A DNA stretch of 47,881 nucleotides from Nemertoderma westbladi. Taxonomy: Eukaryota; Animalia; Xenacoelomorpha. Shown here piece by piece: positions 37,601 to 47,881 of this stretch; the stretch's first letter is position 1; each line of letters opens with the position of its first letter. Both the position numbers and the translations under genes were made by a program. The notes beneath the pieces were generated by a model. That model was not told the DNA's origin. It searched no databases and was given only the letters and a program-made list of their open reading frames with translations. Location of the stretch: positions 1 through 47,881 of the forward strand of contig JAUCBJ010005457.1 of the NCBI GenBank assembly GCA_032718475.1, in the 5' to 3' direction.

Positions 37601-39614
37601 ACCTACTCTCTCTTACTGTTCCCCTTAACTGTTGAACAGTCCCCTCCAACTCTCGGACCTGCTGGGAGGAGCGTGCCTGATTCTCCCCCATCTGCCCGAG
37701 GAGAATATCCATCCCCCGCCGTCGCTCATCCACCCACTCTACCGCCGAAGCGGGAGCCGCCAACATAGTAGCGGGTAGACGAGGGACGACGGGCGATAAA
37801 TCGTTAATGTCTTGCTCGGCGTCCAGGACTGGAATTGACTCTGGAACAGTCCTACTGGTTACAGGTAGTTTAGTACTGTGCAAAGGGAATTTAGAGTTAG
37901 GTTCTGGAAGTACAGGGGTCTCTATCACAGAAGGGGTGGCTTCGAGAACAGGGCTAATTATTTCAGGCTCATCTACTATAGTAGGGAGTCTTTCTACTCT
38001 AATAATTTGGTCTGTGGGTTCTGTACTACCTAAGTCTGTGCTAGCTAGTTGCCTTCTCACGGCTGGGGGCAAATTAGGCAATTTCTGACGGTGGGGCGTT
38101 CTTCTATGCCTGCTGAGACGAGATCTATTTCCTCCGCCTTCAGGATCTGTTGTCTCGCCTTCATCAGATGATGTAAATCCCTGTCGCTTGGGAGTAGATC
38201 GACTTATCATCTGCATGTGAGTAGCTGTTCTCTGTTTATTTAAGTAGTCTTGCTTCTCTTGAATATTTTCCAACTCTAGTTGGGCTGTCTCTTCAGATGC
38301 CCTTCGTTTGGTTTCTGCCACTGCCAATGCTGCCTTTCTATTAACCTCTACCGCTGCCGCTGCTGCTTTTCTTTCAGCCTCTACCGCTGCCGCTTCTGCT
38401 TTTCTTTCAGCCTCTACCGCTGCCGCTGCCGCTTCATGTCTTTCTTCTATCTGTTTCTTCTTTAACTGTCCTTCTTGGACCCTGGCGACGCGGATGCTTT
38501 CATCAAATTTAGCTTGGTTCGCAGCTACCATTTCTGCATCTAATGCGTCCAACACAAACTTGGCTCCTTCACTAGTAGGGTGAAGTCCAGCCAGCCGTCT
38601 CCTCAACTCTTTGTCACCTATAAATCGTTGATAGTCCGACAGATAAATGTCAATGGCGTCCTTCTTCTGAGGTTTCTCTGATGTCGCTTCGCTTTCCACT
38701 TGAGTAAAGGTAGCGTCTGTTGATTCTCCGTGGGTTGAGCGCTCAGCCAGCTGAATTTTCCACTGGGCCATTCCTTGAACTTTGAGACCCACCCGCTGGA
38801 ACCAAGTCTTTACGGCAACTTGCAACGACGTTTCTTGGCTTCTCTTCGAAGCTTCCTCAAAGGCAGAAAGGATCAGTCTGATTCTTAGGATTCGTTCTCG
38901 AACTTGATAAAGCAGCTCTCCCTGCTCTTGAGGTCCTTGGGGTTGTTGAAACAGTTGTTCCTCTAATCGCTCCAAAGAGCTGAAGAATCCCTGTACATAT
39001 CCTGCTGCCGACCTCTTCCACACAGCTGGATCTCTAGTGTCTCTTACCACTCCCATCCTGTATAAGTCCTCCCAGTCAGCTTCCGATAAGTTAAACGGGA
39101 GTCCGGGTCCGGGGAAATTCCATTGCGTCTCGACAATAGACTTCAGTTCCTCCTTCGTGTATCCCGCATAACTGTCCTTGGTCGATCGCTTACTTCTCGC
39201 CCAATCCATTTGATGTTCCTCCACCGCAATCAATACTCTAGTGAGTACGGCTTCAGGAAGAATGAGAAGTGGATCCGATTAAACTGCTTCTGCCATCTTT
39301 GCTCCACGCTCGGGTGTCAACTCTACAGTATCTGAACTACTGGAGCTATCGGGCCACTGAGAAATAAGTTCTCGGGCTCGAGTGTTGCTGTTGTTTAACA
39401 GCTGCCTCTTGGTCCCGCTTGACTTGAGCCCGAGTGCCTATGATAGACCTATGGTGTTTGACTAGCCTAGGGTCTGATACTACTACTGGAGGGATGACCT
39501 TTCTTACAGTAGGAGGGGAGTTGAACTTGGTCTCAAACGTTCCGCACTCCTATCTGGATCACAGATTGTTGTATCTAGGAGACTGTCTGACAGGTTTTGC
39601 TTTGTGTCAGCCAT
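31681..39614 (-). pseudogene. gag-pol polyprotein disrupted by nonsense codons and one RNase H lesion; start probably 39614 or 39296
   Basis: Gag KFNGDEMKWLPF..LSNGEKLRFL; CALCNGPHRLSVC, CYNCLRQGH, CAKCGAKHHILLH; protease ALLDSSSTGTFI; RT YYLTHH..VRVVFDGS..GPNL..DIEGMFLQV..YMDN; RNase H LHVFGDAS..PRAELKAA..NPADIASRG; integrase HAG..CIPC..GVDLFGP..RSDKGTNF..WERLIRSVK. Confidence 0.95.
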
Positions 39615-41578
39615 GTTTGTTTGTACAGTTGAATGCCTACTGCTAGAACTACAGTTAAAGCAAGTCTAGTAATTCAGTATCAACTATAAGCCTAGTAATT
39701 AATTACCGATATCGTTACTCAGTGTAACGTGATATATACAATATATTAGAATACCGGTATACACTTACAGTATATATAAGTATTATTACGGACTAGGGTT
39801 CGTCACAGAATGCTGGTATATAATTTAAGCATAAATATTAAAATATATAATAAGCCTATCGTGAATACCGGTATACAGCATAAACCTATAGTATATATAA
39901 GTATAATTATAGACTAGAATTAATTACAGAATACCGGTATATATTTTCAGCTTAAATTTATAGAAATAAATATAATAAACCTATCGTAAATACCGGTATG
40001 TCAATTATTTTATAATAACTGAATTTCTGAATTTTAGGGTTACTTTACGTTACTTTATTACCGTTATTTAAGCAGTAGTCCAACTGATATTAAGACCTAA
40101 TTGATGGATGACAGGCCTACTATTTTATAAATCAGTTTGAGTTGATTTATAATATATATATACCCGTTTAATGGGTTTTGTTACAGTATTTGAAATAAAT
40201 ATTATTATTTCTAGGTAAGGAGTCACTTCACAGAAGCTGAACGCTCTCAGTGGAGTGCTACTTATTGGACACTAAAACAAATAATTCTAATTTACTAAAT
40301 TACTTATTACTACAAATTACGTACAATTACTGGGTGAGATTACAATCTCTAAATAAACACAAAAAAAATTACACGTACAAATTTTAGGGTAATTTTACAG
40401 GAAATCTACGAACCAGCCTAACAAGGGGTTAGAAATTTCTGGTTATTACAAACGGACAGGATACTATGGTATTTGAAAATAATAAAGCAGTAGTAAATAT
40501 ATTGCGTTGTCTAGATAAGAAATTCCCATATAGTCTCTAGCTTTACAGCTCTATAAGTACTACGTTATGTACCCGGAATGTCCCTACCTAGAAGTTAATT
40601 ACCGCAGCCAACCATAGCTAACGTGCCTATTAACCACTTTACAACACAAATATACTGCCTACACACTAATTACCTTCGGAAAGCACTGTACACTAAACCC
40701 TAAATTAGGTACAAGTGCTTATACAACAAATAATCAGCAGTTTAAAATACTTGTACAGCTAAAAGAACCACGGTATCTGCTGGAGTGACTAGAGCATAAA
40801 ATCACCAGTCTTTACCTACGCCAAACAGCCCTGATGTAGTACCGGGGTTAATTTAACTATAACGGTATGTATAACAAGCACAATTACTGTAGGAATAAAC
40901 TTGGGGTTGTGTATGTTGCGAATAATCGCATATACTCTGAATAATAAATATTACGCTACCCGTACAGACTACACAAACAAAATACAAACCAAATGCTGAC
41001 AGACTACTATCAAGCCTAAATAAACTACAGTATATGCAGAATCCGAAATGGTTAGTTAGTATGCGTTCTAACCGAGTAGTACGACTTATTCTTTCAGAGG
41101 GGATTTACCTTACAACACTGGATGCCCCTACCTTCCTAACTAGTATTTTATCGGACATACACTCTACACACACTGCAATCTCTTCGGACCTGACAACAGC
41201 CAGACAACAATCCAGCAAACAAATTATTTGTACAATTTGAGCGGGCTTACACGCCTTCTGCTCAATATAAACTTACAGATAAATAAAACTGACAGAAATA
41301 AGTAAAATCCCAATAAAAAACCAGGGCGGCCGTCCCTGATTAAATATCAAGACCTACCAGTATATAATTATCAATATCGAATAATACTGCTGTACCTGTA
41401 AGTACCAGTTCGGGTAGTCGGGCAGTCAGGCCTACAGCTTACCGTTCGACCGGTACCTTCGACTTTATTGCCTACGGTGCAATAAAGAAACTAGAATAAC
41501 TGTTATTGTTCTTACCAGAACAATAGTAAACTGTATTTATTGTCTACTGTGCAATAAAGGAAAATCTATAACTGTTAT

Positions 41579-42774
41579 TGTTCGCGCTTTTAGACCTTTA
41601 GCAGTTTAACCCGCAGATTTTAGGTGTCTTCTAGTTTATAAATCGACTTTAGCCTATAACAAGTATTTGTTGCATATAAGATATAAAGTTACATTAGCCG
41701 AAGCCAGCCTATGCGCGACCATTCACCCACAGTTAAGGGAGACTGGATTCGGAGGCTCTGACCTTATTGCGGTGTAGACTTACTGTACTATTCGATTGAT
41801 CGTTAATATATAATCTCTGACAAATATTATTTACTTTCGGGAAATATTAACAGTTCCTTTAGGACATGGCGCTCTAAGTATGTAAACAGAGTTATGACTT
41901 ACACTAAACACAACGGGATGGCTAATGATTTTCGTATAAAGCGCATTCTTTAGGAAATGCTTTGTTATCTGTCACACTCATGCACACTACCGCACGCTGC
42001 TGCACACTGATCTGCCGACCTTCACTAAATTTGATCATATATAAGGAGAATAGTAACTGACACATGTAGGGATTATGAAATAGCATTCAATTCACTCCAA
42101 AACCACTATAATGTAAGTCGCAATTGCTACAGGTAACCGGTCTCTCTAACCTTCAGTATATCAAGAAGATTGGGGTTTTATGATTATTTATCGATATTCT
42201 CCAAATATAACAACATATCCATCAACTTCTAACAATTAATAACCGACAGTAAATAGCAGTAAAATAATGCGGTGAAAGGTATGTATAGTATGATTTGTTT
42301 GTATGATATGAGTTGAGTTGATAACAGTTATACGTTCCTATAATCAAAGCCGTCGAATGTTTGGCTAAAGTCTGAAACTAAGAATAATTCCAAAGCCGAT
42401 GTTCTGGGGCTCAGGAAAAGGTAAACAAAGACCGTCATGCATTGCGCGATTTCCCGGAGGCTTCTGTGCAAATAAAATGAAAATCGCTCTGATTGGTCGA
42501 GTGAGCTGAACAAAGAGAGTTAAGAAAGCTCCACATCGACATCAAAATCAGCTGATAGATTTCGTCATCTAAGCCACACTGTATTAAGAGTATTTTGGCG
42601 TATTGCGGCATAAAATGGCTTGTTATGTCCGCTAAAGTACACATACAGAAAAATGGCTTTTTATGTCCACTAAAACACCTACACAGTAAGAAAAACGGCT
42701 TTTTATGTCCGCTAAAACACCTACAGAGTACTTTGCGGGGAAAATGACTAGTTATATCCGCAAAAGCCTTTACA
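41579..42774 (-). repeat. 5' LTR
   Basis: Minus strand TGTAAAGGC...GCGCGAACA. Contains ~41-bp tandem units near its 5' end and a CCAAT box (GACCAATCAGAGCG, ~42490) conserved in the sister LTR. Confidence 0.97.
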
Positions 42775-43321
42775 AAAATAAGAAAGAAGATTTTATACTA
42801 ATTTCGCTTTCGATTACTAATAATGAATTCGACTTACCAAAAAAAGAATAGTATGGTTTAATGGTTACACCCAAGTCTTAAATGGCCTGCAGTGGAAGCA
42901 AATATTACATCCAACTTTCGAAAGGCCATAACTCCTCTATTTCCTTAAGTAAAGTAAAGTACTCGTGTACTTTGAGTAATTTTATCAATTTCGAAAGGTG
43001 TTGATATGGTATGGGTGCCAGGAACTCCTCATATCTCGAAAACTACTGGAGCTATTAAATTTTTATTTGTCTGATCTGAAAGAGGACATAATTTTAGTTA
43101 GGGACGAGTACTTTCGACGCGCTAGACATATTGTTTCAGGGATTTTAACTATGAGAAATAACTGGCCCACTAAATTTGGGGACTTTGCAGCAGCTTGGCG
43201 GGTCGTATCTATAGTAGGTCATGGTTCCCCATTTGGAAAAAGCATCTAACATTATAAATATATTATCCCTGAGACCCTCTTGATTTCTAGTAGTGGACCA
43301 ATTTAAATGGACCTGCGGTAG

Positions 43322-43500
43322 CAGGCCCGTAGCCAGGGGGGGGGGGGGGGGGGGTCGGTGGTTCGAACGAACCGCCCTTTTGAGAAAAGTGCCCTTTTAT
43401 ATGAACAGATGTTTGGGAAATGTGTCCTTTTTATACTCACCTTTTTGAGAAATATTCTCCTTTCATATTCACCTATTCGGAAAAGTGACCCTTTCCCGCA
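43322..43500 (+). mobile_element. One end of a hAT-type MITE inside the dispersed repeat
   Basis: CAGGCCCGTAGCCAGGGGG, the same terminus as 23295, plus AAAAGTGCCCTTT-type subterminal motifs. No matching other end seen. Confidence 0.55.
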
Positions 43501-44260
43501 AAGCAAATATTCAAGTTACATATTAGCAGTAAGAACAGCAGTTAGGATTCACATTACCCCAGTGCCAATGTGCTTTAAAAAGTACCCCACAGATTTCGTA
43601 TTGTGTAATCAATGGTTTTATATTTTTCGGATATTTACTGAAAATCGGCGTTTGAAACTCGTTTTTAATACAGTTGCCGTGGTGACCGGTTTTTACAAAT
43701 GACGTCAATGGAATCTCTGATGCTGATATGTGGGGGGGTAGGTCAAGGTTAGAAGACCGTAGGTTTACTCGAAAGTGGACTTTTATAAATGATCTCCTGT
43801 TGTCATGATAATATGGGACCGATAAATAATGTTGTAAAGTTTGTTCCCCTTTAAAAATAAAAGGTATGCCAATTATGGTAATTTTGTCCAGAACGTCCGT
43901 CCACATGAACTTGCTAAACGACCTGACTAATTGGCATACTTGATATTTCGTAATTCTTCATATAAACGGCCAATTTATAAATGGTTGCTTGGGTTATTTG
44001 TGCTATTTAGCTTCAACTTCTGGTTGTTTTAGTTACATATAATTAAATCGTCAATAATTAGCCAAATTAATTTATTTTTGAAGATGTCGACGAAGTAATA
44101 CGTATACGATTGATACTAACATACAAAATCCCAGGCAGCAGCTGATTGACCACAGATAATAATAATGTTAATCTCGCCACCTTTACGTCTACGAGAATAA
44201 GTTGGAGCTGCTAAGGAGGGTTTAGATCAGGGACCCAAAGCAGAACTGAGTAGTGGTTTA

Positions 44261-44560
44261 GTGGTAACGTTTGCTGACAAACATCTCGCTGTTCAGTTGT
44301 ATCAGATGGAACATGGGGAATTAACTTCAGCCATGCCGGAATCCTCAACTAATGCTATTACAGACAGAGTTACAGAATCCTCAGTCGATACGATTACTGC
44401 TATGCCTACAATGTCAGATACCAAGGGAACTACTACATCGAAAATAACCACAACTACAACCACAGACGCTATGGAAACCACACAAAGGGCTGAATCATAT
44501 CATACTTATCCAAAAAATATTGTAATAATTTTTGGATATCTTGTTGTGCGCCTATTTTAA
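44261..44560 (+). other. Possible Thr/Ser-rich (mucin-like) coding exon or exon remnant
   Basis: ORF contains SSTNAITDRVTESSVDTITAMPTMSDTKGTTTSKITTTTTTDAMETT. No secure splice boundaries. Confidence 0.3.
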
Positions 44561-44859
44561 ATAAACATTCTCAGAAAGTTACTTCAAAGAAATTGTATGT
44601 TGTAAAACGTGTATTAAATTTGGTTCTATAAATTTGGTGTACTTGGTGATATTATAGACGGAGGCAATAATGACTAATGAGACTTTCATAGCGTTGTGTA
44701 TTCCTTAAGTCAATTATTAAACATAGTTCCATGAAACTATTAAATAATTTTATCCTACTTACGTACCCTTTGGTGAACCAAATGTATACCACAAGCAGCC
44801 TGCTCTAATGAGCTGAGGAGCCGCGCTGGGCTCCCTCTAGTGAATCTGAAAGTACTCAT

Positions 44860-45460
44860 AAGTCATCAGCAAAGTCTAGATCAGTTAGGTACTTGGCAGG
44901 ATTTCCTCATCACCCCATCGTCATTATGATGATCTAAGGACATGCGTAGAACATAGTCAACCACAATTATGAACAAGAATGGTGCAAGTGCGTCTCCCTG
45001 GAGGACTCCCCATAACACTTCGAATGGTGCTGTGCCACTGTCAACAATAGACACAAATGTTGTCGAACCATCGTATACTGATCTGATTTCTGTAATAATT
45101 TCATCAGGATCCAATATAATGAAAGTATTCTGAACATACGTGAGCGAGAGCCTGACTCGAAGGGCTTGAAGAAGTCAACAAAGATAACAGCCAGATGCCT
45201 GTCTTTCTTATTTGATAACTCTTCAATTATTCTTCTAAGTGCCAAAATGGGCCCCATGGTCCAACGACCTTTACGGAACCCATTCTGTTTTCCAAGTAGC
45301 AGAGCAGTCTCTCAATAGGATCCCTGATTCAATATAATTATATTGTAAAGCTTAGCAGCAATCTAGATCAACGACATTCCCCGAAAAGATCCATGAGTAT
45401 CCCTTCTTGGGAACTGGCACCAACATATTTGTTTTCATTTCTTGAGGTACACTCATCGTT
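44860..45460 (-). mobile_element. LINE (RTE-like) reverse-transcriptase fragment
   Basis: VPVPKKG, QNGFRKGRWT..ILALRRIIEE..IFVDF, GVLQGDALAPFLFIIVVDYVLR and DLDFADD, frameshifted. Confidence 0.9.
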
Positions 45461-47881
45461 CTGTGCAGGTCTATTATGATGGGATAAATGAGTTCCTAAC
45501 ACTTGGTAATTTAGACCCCCGGGGGGACACCATCTACACCACTGGCACGATTGGTTTTAATGCTCATTGCAGCAGTCTTCACTTCAACAAAGGAGATATC
45601 GCCAATGGTATTATCTGGGAGTGCAGTCTCCTGAGAATGGACACTTTTACTTATATAAAGTTATCAGGCAATACCCGTCATTATTGATGGCTTTTCAAAG
45701 TGGGCCTTCCAACCATTGAGGCGATCGGCTAGTGATTCAGCCTTAACCTTGGTGGTTGGTTGGCTTTTCCGCCCAGTAAGCAAGTTGATCGATTTCCGTG
45801 GCTGGAATGGTTGCCTGCTGTCGTCAGCATCATTGATGGCATCAACCTGTTGTTTCTACGATTTCTGTAATTCCTCATATAGATGGTGCATTTCCATCAC
45901 AAAAATCATGAAAAGGTCGAAGAATAGCTGCTGTGCAATTTGCATAATTTATTTATTGGGAGGGGGGTGGGGGTTGGGGGGGGGGGGGGGGACAGCAATA
46001 ATGATATCAGTACTAGAAATAATAGTAATATTCCAATTCGAAATGGAATTCGCGAAATTAACCTCTCAAAATTCGGCTGAATTCGCACCACGTGTTATTA
46101 ATATATGAAATATACTTCATGCCCTATATTTTTTCTTATTAAGCCCTATATTACCATAGTGTCTGGCGAGCCTTACAGCGAACAGAACAAATACAGTTAT
46201 GATATGTCCTACTCGCTAGAATCCACGTATCGATATTTTTCGGCGTGATGACAGGAAATTATAGACAATAGATTCGCAATAATCCCATATTGCCGACTAT
46301 GCAAGCATATCAACTCATACGCCGTTATTGTCTTCCTTGAGTCAGAGGCATTTAAACGAACAACCAATATATTATACGTCATAATGTATATCTATAACTA
46401 TTTGATATCCTGGCAGAGGGGAAGAAATTTATTAACAGAGTCGGTAGTAAATCAAGGATTATTAACTAACCTCATTACGGTAGGCTGCCCTCATTGTGAA
46501 AGTCTATTAGCGAAAGGAGAAACAGTATGAAGTCAATTATGGTAGGAATCAATGGTTGGAGGGGCCGCTATCAGTAGCATAGCACACGGATTAATAGCCC
46601 CCATTATTTGGCGGCTGTTTGTGGGACTTCCCATAGACACAAAGTAAATGCGGGACCCCATGGAATGTGGGATAGAGAAGGGGGGGTTAAGTGCTGGTAT
46701 ACAAACACATTCAATTACCATTGTCTCTATATGGACTGCGGCACTCAATAACACCTCACTGTCCTCCATAATGGCTAATTACCCCGCCTTACTTATATAA
46801 CGGCACCCACACATGCATCACAGTATAGAATGAGGCGTTATTGTTATATTGGGGGTCATACCAAGAAGGATTGGCTGATGATGGCTTGTTGCGATATATA
46901 ATCATTCAGTTAATGAGAGCGAATAGCTGAGATTTGGTAATATTCTATACTGCAAGGAGGGCAACAGCTGTTAAGTAAAAGAGTACATGGCGCAAAATGG
47001 TCGTTAATATCATAACCATGTGGTTGGAGAGTTATTGTCCCTTAATAAGTAAATTAATGGAATGGAGCATGTTACAGTGGCGGTATTGTGTAACCAAAAC
47101 AAAATTGGATAGTTCTGAAAGAGGACAATTACCGAAATCTACCGAAAGTTATGCGAAAGTTATCGAAAAGGTAAAAGTAGTGGGTGAAAGCTTTTGGGAG
47201 GGGAGGGGAGGGGAGGGGTTGGGGCTAATGGGTTGCAATTCAACAAAAACAAATGTTGACAAAAATAAAAATGTAATTGTGTGGCCGCTTTCAGGAAGGC
47301 ATTTTAAAATAATCTTTATTTTCCAAAGTTCATGAATATTAATTTTTTCGACAATATATTTTTTAAATTTGCCCTTCCCTGTGCCTCCGCGGTGGTCGGC
47401 GATCGTGGCACGGTTTACGTTTCGGCGACGGAGCCGAGCTTCGTGGCAACGATATCGCCACGCAATATTGCTGAATTTGAAGTAAAATTATGATTTTATT
47501 GTTATTGTGACTTTTTGTTTTGTCAATTTAATTATTTACTATGTTTTTTAAATTTTATTTAAACATTTTCGTTATTTATATTTCTCTGATATAATAATAA
47601 TTTCTAATATATATTTTTTTCTCACTACCATATATTATTTCTCGCCTTTTTACATTGACGGCGACCCATATTTACTACCTCTAGATATGTTATAAACTCC
47701 AGGTTATTATATTCACAAATAACATACCTATTCAAGAAATGATTTTAGGGAAAGGAGCAGACGTTATTCTAACCAAAACAATAAACGAAAGTCAATAGAA
47801 CAGTTACAGTTTTATTTTTAGGTGTAATATTAAATACCAAAGTAATATTAAAGAGTGTTAAATACCACTTCTTGGGTTGGG

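Larger units (their letters stand above)
24488..42774 (-). mobile_element. Full-length BEL/Pao LTR retrotransposon (18,287 bp) with an extra exonuclease and zinc-knuckle ORF
   Basis: Two 1,196-bp direct repeats with TGT...ACA ends; AAAAT TSD at 24483-24487 and 42775-42779; domain order gag (three Zn knuckles), PR, RT, RNase H, IN with BEL/Pao motifs. Confidence 0.97.

Noticed and set aside
32357-38583. Plus-strand ORFs overlapping gag-pol (e.g. 34081..34737, 38308..38583)
   Set aside because: Antisense shadows of the coding strand with no domain signal.
27319-39614. Alternative genetic code or programmed readthrough to explain the in-frame stops
   Set aside because: All three stop types occur, a 1,390-codon stretch has none, and the sister copy has sense codons at two of the sites. 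Mutation is the simpler explanation.
11320-45991. Many long poly-G and poly-C runs (e.g. 11320, 11415, 14665, 16528, 20118, 23351, 43335, 45976)
   Set aside because: Most lie within identified repeats, and homopolymer lengths are unreliable in assemblies; no independent evidence of function.
46200-47335. Coding-like region with CxxC motifs and ORFs 46533..46769 and 46997..47335
   Set aside because: Multiple stops in the frames examined and no family motif I can name; possibly an old transposase remnant, but unsupported.

Overview
AT-rich, repeat-dense animal (probably invertebrate) genomic DNA with spliceosomal exons, SINEs, LINE and DNA-transposon remnants; nothing prokaryotic and no CRISPR array. 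The main feature is a complete 18,287-bp BEL/Pao LTR retrotransposon on the minus strand (24488..42774), with two 1,196-bp TG...CA LTRs about 99% identical by eye and an AAAAT target-site duplication (TSD). After gag-pol and a ~1.65-kb conserved, apparently structured spacer it carries a second long sense ORF (30015..25762). The four ORF-track pieces there are in one frame and reconstruct to ~1,417 aa with a DEDDy (RNase D/WRN/EXD-like) 3'-5' exonuclease domain, CCHC zinc knuckles and a basic tail, in the position where env would sit. The element has no tRNA-type primer-binding site (PBS); the 12 nt next to the 5' LTR are instead perfectly complementary to a 12-mer inside the LTR, suggesting Tf1-like self-priming. 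A diverged sister copy in the opposite orientation (1..3678) has lost the exonuclease segment and is inserted into an exon of a host gene made of a signal-peptide exon and a tandem array of 123-bp phase-1 calcium-binding EGF exons. The rest is a nest of piggyBac, hAT-like and palindromic MITEs, two solo LTRs with TSDs, RTE-like and CRE-like LINE fragments and tRNA-derived SINEs. All alignments and identities were read by eye.
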